A stretch of DNA of 63,595 bases, the filler included, from Licmophora abbreviata (Eukaryota): the NCBI GenBank assembly GCA_900291995.1. It is 12 parts of 12 records of this genome, joined end to end, with 100 filler letters (N's around TTAATTAATTAA, not from the genome) between each part and the next. Parts side by side here need not be neighbours in the genome. Positions count along the whole stretch, not along the records: positions 23,619 to 30,522 come from OLMU01004198.1; positions 30,623 to 36,735 come from OLMU01004199.1; 10 more parts are not named here. The stretch is one strand, 5' to 3'. Position 1 is the first letter of the stretch; each line of letters begins with the position of its first letter. Under the pieces are notes generated by a model. The model did not search any database, had not been told where the DNA came from, and worked only from the letters and a program-made list of their open reading frames with translations. Positions 24,266 to 35,976 of this stretch are shown here, piece by piece. The position numbers and the translations under genes are program-made.

Positions 24266-25396
24266 ATGAGAAGGAATCTCACTGCTGCGAGCATTGTGTT
24301 GGTTTTGGCGGTAGGAGCTGCCATCTTCTTGGGAAGAAGCAGAGACGATGTGTTCCCCCGGGCTGATATCCGCATGGCCGAGTGGGCCTCCGATCGTACG
24401 TTTGTCATCACGGGGGCCAATAGTGGACTGGGCTATCACACAGTACAGCACCTGATGAGGTTGGGGACCGCTAAGAGTGTCATTATGGCATGTAGAAACC
24501 CGCAGAAGTGTCAGAGTGCCAAAGACACTATACTACTAGCGACCACCGATGCTACTAGTACCACCACGCTACAAACCGTCACCCTCGACTTGGCCTCTCT
24601 GGAATCAATTCGTCAGTGTGCTAAAGATGTGCAAGGCTTGGCTATTACCAACGCGACATTGATTCTGAATGCTGGGGTCATGGGAGAGACACACAACGTA
24701 CAGTATTCGACGGAGACTGGAGTGGAGTATATTGAGCACCATATGAATGTGAACCACCTCGGTCATTTCCTGTTGACTCATCTATTATTTCGTCAGATCG
24801 AGCGAGTCGCGCTGGTGTCATCTTTAGCAGCAGCCTTTCCCTGGGATCTGCTTGACGATACTTCAAAGACAGCAGCATCACTCGATGATAAGAAGAAGAG
24901 TGCCCTCCAGAGCGCCTTCCGAGGTTTTGTCTTGTATGCTCGGAGCAAGCGCGCCAATCTCGCCATGGCATCCGAGCTGAATCGACGCCACGGTCCTCAC
25001 AGCCATAACAACAGTACACATACAGTTACAGTGGCGGTCTCCCATCCAGGCTATACGCGGAGCCATATCATGCTGACAGGCTGGCAGTGGGCGCCTCATT
25101 GGCTACGACACTTGATGCACCGCAACACCATAGGCTCCATGTCGTCGGAAGAAGGAGCACTGACACAACTGCGTGCCGCTCTTGACCCTGACATGATAAA
25201 ATCTATCAACAACGATCCTCTGTATGTCGGGCCACAATTCATATCGTTTGGTCCTCCTGTGGTGTTGGGCAGTGTCGAGTCCGGCTCATGGCATCACTGG
25301 CCAATGTCCCGTGATCAAGCCACGTCTCTCTGGGAGTGGAGCTTACGGGTCTTGCACATTCATGAATTTGGCAACTCTGCTGCAGAACAACAATGA
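24266..25396 (+). CDS. Membrane-anchored SDR (retinol dehydrogenase/WWOX-like)
   Basis: N-terminal TM; ITGANSGLG, MACRN, LDLASLESI, LNAG, VNHLGHF, YARSK, HPG. Confidence 0.88.
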   Translation: MRRNLTAASIVLVLAVGAAIFLGRSRDDVFPRADIRMAEWASDRTFVITGANSGLGYHTVQHLMRLGTAKSVIMACRNPQKCQSAKDTILLATTDATSTTTLQTVTLDLASLESIRQCAKDVQGLAITNATLILNAGVMGETHNVQYSTETGVEYIEHHMNVNHLGHFLLTHLLFRQIERVALVSSLAAAFPWDLLDDTSKTAASLDDKKKSALQSAFRGFVLYARSKRANLAMASELNRRHGPHSHNNSTHTVTVAVSHPGYTRSHIMLTGWQWAPHWLRHLMHRNTIGSMSSEEGALTQLRAALDPDMIKSINNDPLYVGPQFISFGPPVVLGSVESGSWHHWPMSRDQATSLWEWSLRVLHIHEFGNSAAEQQ

Positions 25397-25494
25397 CTAA
25401 GCATGCAATAAATCTACCATACTAAAACACTTAGATCACGACGTGCAGCTCTCGTTAAATACTCGCTCCGTTTGAGACTGTTCCTCCCATGCCC

Positions 25495-27031
25495 TCAATC
25501 ATCCCGTTCCTCTCCATCCTCGTTCGCACCGTCCTCTTGGTCTCGAAGTTTACGGCCGCGCTGCCAGGGCATGCAGACAATGGTGCCGTGGGCTTTGCCT
25601 TTTTCGATGAAATACTGCGCATCGGCGACGTCGTTCAGCGTGACACGCTTCGTAATGTGCGATTTGATTTGCCGCTTCTGGAGTAGAGCAAAGACCTGTG
25701 CCAAGTCCGTCTTCTCACCAGAGAAAGGGAAAACGTGTGAGGCGTCAACTTTAGGAATTGTTCCGAGCACAATACTCCTCCTGCTTTGCTGAAGTACTGT
25801 AGTTTGCTCACCTTGAACTTTTCAGGATTCTCCTGAAAGCTCGACCAGACTTCGTAAGACTTGGTCTTGCTCATGAGCCAATTGGCTTTCGCCCCGGCCC
25901 AGATCGCAGACATGGGGGCACCGAAGACTCCCATCCCCTCCGAATTCAACAATGAGTGCATTCCAATGCAAATTAGAATACCCTCCTCGTTCAGAGCACG
26001 CTGAGGAGATTCGAATCCGTCCTGGCACTGGCCGTCGAAGACAATATCCATCTTTCCTTCAACGCTTGGAAGCCAGGCTTTTGGCAAGAGAGGAAGAGGC
26101 TTTATTCCCAAGACCATGCGAAGGTACGTGTGACGATTCTGAGGAGCGGTGGCGACGATTTTGGACGCGCCTGCCTTCTTGGACAACTCAATCAGGGCTT
26201 GTCCAACTGGGCCAAGACCTCCAGTCACGAGAACACTCTTTCCCTTGAGACTCTTTTTGATTTTGATGGCGCTCCCATCCTCGTCCTCTTCGTGATCGCA
26301 GTTGTTGCCCTTGAGGACTTCCGTCGCTTTGTTGAAAGCTTGGTACGCCGTCATGTAGGTGGACACCATGCTGGCTGCGTCGGCAGATCCGACCGTTTGA
26401 GGAACACGCACGAGGCTCGAGGCTGGCACGACTGCGTAACGTGCATTGCCACCGGTGCGCACAAGGGCAGCCACACGGTCTCCCTCGACAAACTCTTTGA
26501 CATGCTCGCCACACGCGAGAATGTTGCCGACCACATCGAAGCCGGGAGTGGCAGGCAGTTCTGCTTGGCCGCTGAAGCTTGGACTTACACCTCGACGCAG
26601 AATGCAATCGTTGTGTGACACTGTCGAAGACTGTTCATGAACACATGAAATAAAGAAGTGACGGTGTGAGTTTGCAGTGGACTTTAAAAACGCTTGGGCT
26701 TCATTTTATTGTTCCGAGTTCTTACATGCACTTTGATGACCACATCCGTTTCGGACTCCGGCTTCGGAACACCGAGTTCGGTCTCCACCTCGATGACTTC
26801 CTTGGCAAGATCTCCAAAATATCTATACACAACCTTCTTTTGAAGATTGCTCTTCTTCTTCGCAAAGAGAATCCCGATGGTCTTCTTGTCGACCGTGACG
26901 TCGTCGCGATCGTCTTCGCCTGGATTTTCCTCGCCAGAGCTGCGGAAGCGGGTGCTTCCAACTAAGCGCTCCTTGATACCGGGCTTCTTGGAAGACTCCA
27001 CTGTCTCATCTTCGGAGCGACTAAGAAACAT
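25495..27031 (-). CDS. MDR-family oxidoreductase, paralog of 5063-6771 (introns 26631-26725, 25711-25811)
   Basis: VIKVH|SSTVSHND, PATPGFDVVG, GGNARY, VTGGLGPVG, GKMDIVFDGQCQD, FK|TDL. Intron positions are the same as in the paralog. Confidence 0.85.
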
Positions 27032-27543
27032 GGTGGACAAAGGAAGGAGTGAATGCTCAGTTTCTACTGAATAATGGTCCAGACGCTCAACTTCGAGGTT
27101 GTGAAGGCTCAACCACTTTTGTTTGGATGTACCGGTATGTAGGGGTGTATGGATCTGTTCAGCGATAAAAAGATTTATGAAAAAATCTCAGTGCCGTTGA
27201 ATTTCTATTCACTATCATACAAACAGGACATATGCTTGCTTCTTCGAATAAAGCATAACGCTTTCAGTATCAGCAGTGAATGCCGCCTATGACCGTTGAG
27301 TCAAATATTTATTCAGCCCAGAATATATTTAATTATGCTCGCGAAGAATTTGGGGTTTAAAGACACAAGGACGTGGTATCAGACTACTCCGAGTATCATA
27401 CAAGTATGTTACCTGTGTTCCATGGTCGGCTCCTGGGCGAGTACTATCGACCCATAGCAAGCAAATGCGAGTCATCAAAAAGAACAATTCCTTTCTGTAA
27501 ATTAGTTAGGTAGCGATCTTCGATCTCCACTGATCTCGTAGTA

Positions 27544-29313
27544 TTACGAGTCTTCGCTGCGATCGGCAACGAGTGTCTCGGCCCAATCTTCATCTGTACT
27601 GTCGCCCCCATCTTGTCCGTTCGGCTCCCCTGATATAGCGTAGTCCACAGGAACTCCCGGATGAGGAATTGGCACAGGCGCATCGGCCTCCAAGCCTTGT
27701 TCCTTTCGTAGGACAGTCTCGTACGCGCGTCGCCGCTCACAATTTCGGACAAACGAATGAATCCGTTGCAAATCCCCCGAGTCCGCCCGCTCACAAGTCT
27801 CTTTCGCCTCTAGTTCCTGAAATCTTTGGATCATGTTGTAGCACATGTTGTCACATACCCTCGATCGACCTTCCACCAAAGGGATGACTGGGAGATTTTC
27901 TGATTGTCGTTGCAGAAGAGGTACCATATACCACAGCTCCGCCACACTTACGGCAAGGGCTCGTCCAAACCAAATGTAGCCTGCTGCGTCTGCGTACATT
28001 GGCGCAGCTCGATACCGCTTTGTCACGATGCTCAGCAGAAAACTCATCAGACGAGGTCCATGCCGCCACAGCATATAGCACGAGACGCCGGCCAGTAAGC
28101 CATCTCTAGCCATGGAGAAAGTGTTGAGAGGGCCATATACAGCCATCTTTTCCGCGGGATACAGTGTTTCTGGCGACAGGATCTCTCGAATTGCAGCGCG
28201 GTATTCGTGTTTCAAATATCCCATTACTTCTAGATCCTTCAATTCCTGTCGCTTCGCGGTATTGCCCTCATCGGCAACGCTTCGCTTTCGTGCAACCCCA
28301 TTCAGTGTCATCTTCAACTCAAAATCTGCAATCGACTCAAAGACTTTTCCGCAGACCCAGCAATATGAGTCCCAGAACTGATGAAAAAACGAGGAAGGAT
28401 TGGCTTCTTGTGGATTGGGTTTGCGGTCGAGTGTAGGACGCTTTTTGACAGGCGAGTTTGCGCCCTCCTTCGATGGAACTGCGGCAATTGCCTTGCCGTC
28501 CACAGTCGTCGGGGTGTTTGTTTCCCCTCGTCCTCTCGTATTTGCAGGCTCGTTCCGAGTGTCAGAATCACCTCTTTCAAGCTGCACCTCGTCATCGTCG
28601 CTATTTACTGGAACTCCCGGCAGGGGAATCGACACGGGTTCATCCGGGCCTAAGCCTTGTTCTTGCCTTAACTGTGCCTCGTGCTCTTGTCGTCGTCGAC
28701 AATTGTCAATGAATCGTCGCAGTGTTACCAGTTGAGGTAGCTGTGGGTTATCGGGAGCGCTTGGGAATCGCTGATACTCGAGCGTCAATGGCTCACAAAG
28801 CTCTTCTGAAAGCATGGATCTACCAGCTACTAGAGGCACATCGGCGATACTGCTTCGAACGACAAACTCCTCCTCTGGCATCGCTTCGAGGGCGAGATAG
28901 GCTCCTGTCGCCAAACTCAAGGCTGCCTCCAAAGCAAAGAAAGCCACACGTCTCCCTCCCGGTGTCGTTGCTACGCTACCGAGTCTCCGAGACCAGAGGT
29001 GTCGGCCCAGTCGTAAACCGGCGAATGTCCCCAGACCACACAATAGAAACCGATCTGCCCGAATTTCAAAGTTGTTCATCTCGACACCATACACGACGGG
29101 ATCGCCATCTCCCTCATGGTCCGTTGCTTTCTCCAAAGCCAATCGCTCATTTCTGCACTCCGAAGATCGTTCTAGCTTGTCGATAATGTCGTCTTCGCGC
29201 TCTAAACTCACGTGGGTGTCAATGTAGCCATCGAGAAACTGGACAAAGTGGTCGGCCATGCGTCGTTCATTCTCATCTTCCTCTCCTTCTTGAGAGGGTG
29301 GACGGCGGGACAT
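27544..29313 (-). CDS. Hypothetical membrane protein with two tandem copies of the domain found in 22367-23425
   Basis: VPLVAGRS..C..RFIDNCRRRQ..LRQEQGL..PVSIPLPGVP and IPLVEGRS..C..FVRNCERRR..LRKEQGL..PVPIPHPGVP, each preceded by hydrophobic segments. Confidence 0.75.
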   Translation of the reverse strand: MSRRPPSQEGEEDENERRMADHFVQFLDGYIDTHVSLEREDDIIDKLERSSECRNERLALEKATDHEGDGDPVVYGVEMNNFEIRADRFLLCGLGTFAGLRLGRHLWSRRLGSVATTPGGRRVAFFALEAALSLATGAYLALEAMPEEEFVVRSSIADVPLVAGRSMLSEELCEPLTLEYQRFPSAPDNPQLPQLVTLRRFIDNCRRRQEHEAQLRQEQGLGPDEPVSIPLPGVPVNSDDDEVQLERGDSDTRNEPANTRGRGETNTPTTVDGKAIAAVPSKEGANSPVKKRPTLDRKPNPQEANPSSFFHQFWDSYCWVCGKVFESIADFELKMTLNGVARKRSVADEGNTAKRQELKDLEVMGYLKHEYRAAIREILSPETLYPAEKMAVYGPLNTFSMARDGLLAGVSCYMLWRHGPRLMSFLLSIVTKRYRAAPMYADAAGYIWFGRALAVSVAELWYMVPLLQRQSENLPVIPLVEGRSRVCDNMCYNMIQRFQELEAKETCERADSGDLQRIHSFVRNCERRRAYETVLRKEQGLEADAPVPIPHPGVPVDYAISGEPNGQDGGDSTDEDWAETLVADRSEDS

Positions 29314-29780
29314 GCTCGACTGTGATACAATGGGGAACGACAGAGTACAGAAAAGTTGGATGAAAGAGAAGATGAATCGAATGAATCAGCGTTGCGCCAT
29401 GGTCAAGAAGTGTGATGATGGTACAGCGGTGTGTATCGAGTTTCGAAGTCACCAAACACACACTTCCCGCGCGGTACCGAGCGGGGTTCGCCCAGCTCGA
29501 ACTCATCTCCTCTGTGCCAAATTCGAATGCCATTTCCCGCCTTTCGCTTTTTGTGGATCGTCAACCTTACCAGTCCTACAGAACTTAGCATCATTCTAAG
29601 AAGCAGCTGCAGGTACCGTTACCCCTGATGAGTTTGTGGAAGGATAGGCTCCGTATGACAAAAATACTTTTGTTAGTCGCTATGGTTTTCTTTTAAAAAA
29701 GATAGGACTCGTTGAAACACTTAAAGATGGATGTCCGTCAAGTCCTCAATGCACCACCCATCAACAGACTGCTTGGTAGA

Positions 29781-31881
29781 CTACGCCGTATCGCTCAAAA
29801 TGGTCAGTTTCCTTCTCTTATCCGCAGTTTTCGCCATTAGCTCGGTGATGGCGGTTGCCGACATCGTACGACAGTCGACGCTGTCAATTGCAACCAAGCG
29901 GTCACCTTTAGATCAGACGCGATGGGAAAAGTTCAGTGGCGAATGTGAGAGAAGCTTGTACAGAACCTGTGCTTCGAAAACACACACAGAAAGCAGTAAC
30001 GTACCGGGCCACAAGACACCCTCCAGAGGCGATCCGGGGTTGACAGTATGAATGACTGGTCCTTGTAGCGTCGTATCAATAACAATCCCCAACTTTCCGG
30101 GCGGGGCAAAGCATTCTCGAGTAATCATGTCACCACCAGCCGGCATTGGGATGGAACCCATGTTGGGAATCTCGGTAGGGATCGGAGCAGTAGAAGTGTA
30201 GTTCATTGGAGACATGTCCGAGGCTGCTTGAGACTGAGCATCGAAGCCGTGGTCTAGACTGTAGGCATACGACATGCTGTCACCCATCAATGTGTCAGCG
30301 CCAAGCTGGGAGTTCACGTCCGAGTTCAGATACGACAAATCGTCCGACCCCGTTCGCTGAAGCGGAATGGCACCATCCTCTGCGCCCGAGTCTATGTGTC
30401 TACCCTCCGAGTCAGACGACGCAAAGAACCTGTTCTGCCGTCCCGCTGCACTGGCCGTATCCGGTGGTTGGCCCCACGAGGCAGCATCGTTGCCTCCACG
30501 ACCTCGTCGTTGCCACAAAAAANNNNNNNNNNNNNNNNNNNNNNNNNNNNNNNNNNNNNNNNNNNNTTAATTAATTAANNNNNNNNNNNNNNNNNNNNNN
30601 NNNNNNNNNNNNNNNNNNNNNNCCAACCCAAGGCTACAAATACCCCACCAGCAACTGCAATACCAATAATGGCTCCCGTCGAAATGCCCGAGTTGCCCCC
30701 GTCTTCTCCCGGCGTAGGAGCAGGCGTCGGCGTTGGGCCATTTCCGTCAACAGAGCTGTCGATCTCGTTGACAGTCGCAAAGTATTCGCCAAACGGACTC
30801 TCAAGCGACTGCAACTCTGGCAAAAAGAGCGAAGTACCTTGAAAGCGGAATAGATCACTGCACAATTCACCGAGGTCGACGTCGTCTGCCGTCTCCAACA
30901 TGCCCTCAACTGGTTCAAACTCGCCCATGACCAACATATCTGTATCCAAGGGCGAAAGAGTCTCGCTCATTTGTAAGCGACGCAGCATCCTCGTGGTCCC
31001 CAAGGCTTGAGCCGTGAGTGTCAGGTTAGTTATGACAATGGGCTGCTCCAGCTGTCCAAGCTGCTGAGAAAGAAAGTCAAATGCTACGGCAGTGTACTGT
31101 TCTGTCGTATCTGCGTCCATCGCGGAGGCGACATCGCTGAGCGAAATTCTAAATTCGCCCGTTGTCATGATAGGGCCTGTGGTTGGAGCGGCAGATGGAG
31201 AAACAGGAGAACCCGAGCTTGGCGCAACCGACGGCAGAAGGCTGGGACTTTGCGAGGGGACAAGGGATGGAACTCCAGAACCAGGAACGGGGACACTTGA
31301 GGGCATCAATGATGGAATGATGGAGGGGGACTCGATGGAATGATGGAGGGGAGACCCGATGGTTCGATAAGCCCGGAAGGATTACTGGAAGGGGTCGTGG
31401 ACGCCACAGACGATGGTCCCATAGAGGGAGCCTGAGTGGGAACATCTGGAGCGGTAGGGCCTTCTGTGGGCACGATGGACGGCACGTCGGTCCCGGGGAC
31501 AGTGGGAGACAGTGACGGGGTGCCACTAGAAAGCGCTGTTGGACCTCCAGTGGGAGCCAAAGTCGGGGGCGTTCCTGAAGGAGAGTCCGATGGAGTGGAG
31601 GTAGTCGGGGATCCACTCGGAAAGTTCGTTGGAGCAGACGTGGTCGGGGATCCACTTGGAGAGCCCGTGGGAGTCACAGTATTCGGCACTCCGGAAGGCG
31701 CAATCGAGGGAGAAGACGTGGTTGGCGGTGCGATGGGAGCTTCACTCGGTGCCGTAGAAGGAGGCTCTTCCCCGGCATCGTCGGCTACCACAGACACAGC
31801 CCCCATCTGCAACAGGAGACTAAGAATCAGCAGTGTGGCCCACCAACGAGTAGCCGTGTACGACTTTCTCAGGGCGGTCAT
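29781..31881 (-). CDS. Type I membrane protein: signal peptide, P/S/T stalk, SEA-like domain with RxL loop, TM, cytosolic C-terminal PDZ-like domain (intron 29906-30004; frameshift near 31327; spans gap 30523-30622)
   Basis: Signal LLILSLLLQMGAVSVVA; RMLRRLQ; TM AIIGIAVAGGVFVALGW-[gap]-LWQRR; PDZ APPGKLGIVIDT..GPVIHTV..SPLEG.LWPG|DRLVAID...RKLTIL, stop at 29781. Confidence 0.75.
30523..30622. other. Artificial contig spacer
   Basis: Same 100-nt spacer. Confidence 0.97.
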
Positions 31882-32530
31882 TGTGTATTTTGTATTTCCA
31901 AAATCAAAATGCAGTCTCGTAAATTGATCCACGCTTGTACTTCCAAAGCGTCTCTTCGTCCCGATTCTATGCCGCTGCTACCGTTGGGCCTGTTTCTTCT
32001 TAGCTGGCACGAACGCAGGAGTCACGTTCCAAGCAAGAGTCAAACAGAGACTGCCACAACGTAGTCTCGCACACTCCGATGCAGCAATATTATGAGACGC
32101 CGGCGCCGGCGTTGAGACGAACTATGGAACTTTGAGATTTCACTCGCAGGCATGCGACATTGTAGAATTCGGTACAAACGCGACGCAGACGTCCAGATCG
32201 ATCCGTTTGAAAGTATGGAGGAAATTCAGTGCTGAATATAGTAATTTCAACGCCCGGCGTGCGCGCAAGTCAAAATGGATTTCGCGGTCCAAGAACCTGG
32301 AGAGATCTGCCTCAACCTCCCAGCCTCCAAGAGATTGCTGGTACCCGGTACGTACCAGTATGCTTTGTTGAGATTGTGTGAGTTAATGATGAGAAAATTC
32401 CAGGAGACGCTATACACCAACTGTACCGGCTCTCAGTGATTGACAAAAACTATAAACTATAGACAGTACGTCCTTTTTATGCAACACGCATCCACACATA
32501 CGCAGCATAGAGAATCCCGCTCTAATGCCG

Positions 32531-35260
32531 CTATGGGTCTGGTCGATACTCTTGTGACCTCTTATAGTAGAGAGATTCTTTGGGAGGTCGATGAAACCTT
32601 TGCAGGTTGTTGACACGGGGCGTCTCCGCGACTGCATTCACTTTTGAGTCTAGTTTCCCTTCCCATACACTTTCCATATCCGTAAGATCATCCAATATAC
32701 CTCCCGTGCTCCTAGCTGACCTCGTGTCGAGCTGAACGAACTGAGTGCCCTTGGGAGTCGCTTGATTAGTAACGAATCCACCCTTGGGCGTTTGCACCTC
32801 GCAATCTTCCAATCTCGCCTGTTTGGGAGTTTGCTTTCGATGTCCAGTAGATGTGGGCGAGAGTGCAGAGAACGTCCGCATTTGTACAGAGTCGTCATTG
32901 CCGTGCTTAGTAGCAGCACTTGCTGCTTCATTTTCTCCTATCGGGGCCAGAGGCGACGGTCTGTATGCTTCCGAATGCAAGGACAAGTACTTGTCCTCGT
33001 TGCCTGGCATGACAATCGAATCAGTTGCTTCTGACCTGCCGTCCGACAACATTTGCGCATACTTTTCTGTAGCTTTCATAATTTCAGCGTACTGATGAGC
33101 GAACAAAGACAACGCAAAAACGTGAGTTTGAAAGGAACCTAAATAATGCATTGTCATGCGAGGATCGAATCCTGTACATACCGTAGTCCCTTCAGGTTCT
33201 CTCGTTGCCGATGCAGTCGACGGGCTGTCCACTTGGGATACTTTGAGATCTCGGTCTGACACCTGGAAACTTCTGTTCGACGCTTGGAGACTTCTGTTTG
33301 ATTTGAGGTACATTTCCGAGTCAGTTGGTGATGCCATATCTCTATAAGAAGATCGATAGAGAGGTTGACCGACAGAATCTTTTGTCGAAATACTTAGCGA
33401 ATCCTCCGATTCCATCGAGCCGCGAACACGCCACTCGTCATTCGCGTCATGGTATGAGCCCGACTCTCTTCGCAGTCTCCAAATGACAAAACCAATTACG
33501 CCAACAGCAACCACGCTCAAACCGACGATCATTCCAACCAGGGCAGGGCCCTCCAGCTTTGAAGAGCTGCTCGTGAGGGGAGACTCCAGAGAGGATGCAC
33601 TGGGTTGAACCCCATCATCGAAGAAATCTGAAGCACCCGACAACTCGTTGAGATACTCGCTGTACTTTTCAGTGAGGGGCTTTGTAACGATATCATCAAA
33701 AAGGACATTACCAATATCTTTCTGACTGCGTTGCCAGACATCACCGGCAATCTTCATCTCAATCTTCAGCTGCGAGGTCTGCAAGCCCCGAGAAGCACTA
33801 GGTTGGATCTGGCCCAGTCGTCGAGTACCTTCGAGGGTCTGCTCCGTTACCAAAACAGACGCAATTGTGATCAGGAAGTCGCTAGATTGCTCAATGTTGG
33901 CCCTGATAAAATTTAGTGTGGTCGACTCAAAGACTGCCTCAGTACCGACATCCATCAACTGACTCGCAGTAAAGCTTACAGATGTCAATGCTACACGTTC
34001 CGTCGAGCTGGTCGGCATCGAGGTTGGTAAATTTGCTGGCGTTTCCGATGGAGCCGCGCTAGGTTGATGAGATGGTGATACCGTCGGATCGTCCGTTGGG
34101 GACACTGACGAGACCATGCTTGGTTGATACGAAGGGTAAGTACTCGGTCTATCTGATGGTCGCACTGATGGAGACACACTGGGGGCCCTGCTAGGGGACG
34201 CGGAAGGTACCGTGGAGGGCTGACTGCTCGGCGAGGCACTCGGGCTCTTAGTTGGTTGCAACGAGGGAGAGAGACTGGAGGCTCCGGTCGGATGTACGGA
34301 TGGACTTCCACTCGGAACGCTTGACGGAGAAACGCTCGGACGCGCAGAAGGAGAAAACGACGGCATTACAGTAGGAGCATCGGATGACTGTACTGTTGGT
34401 CTTGCTGTCGGGCCTCCACTGGGTTGGAGCGTGGGCGAGACGCTGGGAGCACTTGACGTCGTTGGGCTCGTCGAGTGCGACAATGTCGGGAAATTGGTGG
34501 GCATCCTCGATGGCCCCCAGCTTATCGATGGCCACTCGCTGTAAAGTGCTGTCGGCTGCAGTGATATCGTCGGAAGACTGGAATGCAACGCACTTGGTGA
34601 AGTTGTTGGTCCATGGGGTAACACCGCCGTTTCTGTCGGGGCAATAGATGGCATCATTGACATGGATGGAGTTCCAGATGACTCCTCCGTCGGCATGGAA
34701 GATGGAACAAGCACTGTTGGAGATGATGACGGGCTTTGAGTTGGAACCGCAGAGGGACTGGGCGAAGGAATCATTGTCTCTGTTGGAGCATCTGTCGGTA
34801 GCGAAGATGGACGATCTGAGGGGGGTGCACTGGGGATCATGGACGGGGAGGGAGATGGCTCCGGCGAATCCGTTGGATAGAATGTTGGTGAATCAGTTGG
34901 GGTCAAAGTGGGTGCTGGGGAGGGCTGCACTGACAAAGTCGGCGCGCTCGACCGAGTAAGAGTTGGTGGTGCGGAGGGCAGGATACTCGGAGCATAGCTT
35001 GGCTGATCGTTTGGGTCAAGCAAGACATCTGTTGGGGCAGAACTAGTTGGCAGGTTTTGCACTACAGGTGTGGGAGCCGGCATCATTGACGGTGCCATCG
35101 ATGGGTCGACAAGGACTGCCGTCGGGCCAGTTCCCGAGTTCAGAGTCTCATTCTTCTCACATGCCGCAAGTGGTAACAGTACAAGAAGAACCAGCGCATA
35201 TCTCCACTGCAACATTTTGGGTTGCGGAAAGATAGTCAAGGCACGATTCTCTTGAGCCAT
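32531..35260 (-). CDS. Type I membrane mucin-like protein with a long P/S/T stalk, SEA-like domain (RRL, RGL), TM and long cytosolic tail; likely start 35215; in-frame intron 33092-33181
   Basis: Signal MLQWRYALVLLVLLPLAAC; many PS/PT repeats; TM ALVGMIVGLSVVAVGVIGFVIWRL; 90-nt GTATGT...CATCAG intron. Confidence 0.8.
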   Translation of the reverse strand: MAQENRALTIFPQPKMLQWRYALVLLVLLPLAACEKNETLNSGTGPTAVLVDPSMAPSMMPAPTPVVQNLPTSSAPTDVLLDPNDQPSYAPSILPSAPPTLTRSSAPTLSVQPSPAPTLTPTDSPTFYPTDSPEPSPSPSMIPSAPPSDRPSSLPTDAPTETMIPSPSPSAVPTQSPSSSPTVLVPSSMPTEESSGTPSMSMMPSIAPTETAVLPHGPTTSPSALHSSLPTISLQPTALYSEWPSISWGPSRMPTNFPTLSHSTSPTTSSAPSVSPTLQPSGGPTARPTVQSSDAPTVMPSFSPSARPSVSPSSVPSGSPSVHPTGASSLSPSLQPTKSPSASPSSQPSTVPSASPSRAPSVSPSVRPSDRPSTYPSYQPSMVSSVSPTDDPTVSPSHQPSAAPSETPANLPTSMPTSSTERVALTSVSFTASQLMDVGTEAVFESTTLNFIRANIEQSSDFLITIASVLVTEQTLEGTRRLGQIQPSASRGLQTSQLKIEMKIAGDVWQRSQKDIGNVLFDDIVTKPLTEKYSEYLNELSGASDFFDDGVQPSASSLESPLTSSSSKLEGPALVGMIVGLSVVAVGVIGFVIWRLRRESGSYHDANDEWRVRGSMESEDSLSISTKDSVGQPLYRSSYRDMASPTDSEMYLKSNRSLQASNRSFQVSDRDLKVSQVDSPSTASATREPEGTTVCTGFDPRMTMHYLGSFQTHVFALSLFAHQYAEIMKATEKYAQMLSDGRSEATDSIVMPGNEDKYLSLHSEAYRPSPLAPIGENEAASAATKHGNDDSVQMRTFSALSPTSTGHRKQTPKQARLEDCEVQTPKGGFVTNQATPKGTQFVQLDTRSARSTGGILDDLTDMESVWEGKLDSKVNAVAETPRVNNLQRFHRPPKESLYYKRSQEYRPDP

Positions 35261-35976
35261 TCATCAGCGACACAATGCGGCAGAGAGGATTTCGGATGGA
35301 GGAAGTGGACACGATCGCTCATGCGGACACTTGTGGGAGGAGATCGCAAAAAAAATGTGAGCAACTCGTCAAACAAAACGGTGTTATATATGTATTCGAG
35401 GATATATGATGTATATAATGTGTCCGATTATGCCCCTGTTCGGGAGGCTGTCTTCAATGACATTCGGATGCCTAAGGAAAACCCGTAACCTTACTGGATT
35501 ACCAGGCAACCTGGTATGCGGTGGTATGGCATTACTCGTAGACATCAAGCTAGTGTCTAGACGCTGATAGTAGACTACGGGTACTGCACTGGTAACAGGC
35601 TCGCCTCCTTGACTTTTCCGCAATCAACGAAAGTCCACATTGGAACGTCGCGCAACGTACTAGTTCAGTGTACGGGCTGCCCCTTGATTCAAACAGGTGG
35701 ACAAAGAGAGGACGGACGACATGGACGAGCGCCGACGCTTGTCGATCGTCACGAAGCTGTTAGACTGGAGTAGTAGTCTATAAAGGAAAGAGCAAAGCGA
35801 TAAAGCAAATCATGAATCTACTTTTGCAGCATGTAATCGTAAAGTGCCTCTTCCTAGTTTGTACCATTGTGACTTCCACACCAGAAGCCATCACAATCCG
35901 AATTACAAATAACAAGCCCACCTTTCACGACTTTCACTCCTCCTCCAGTTTATGTGCCATGGTTTTTTTTCTTAGA

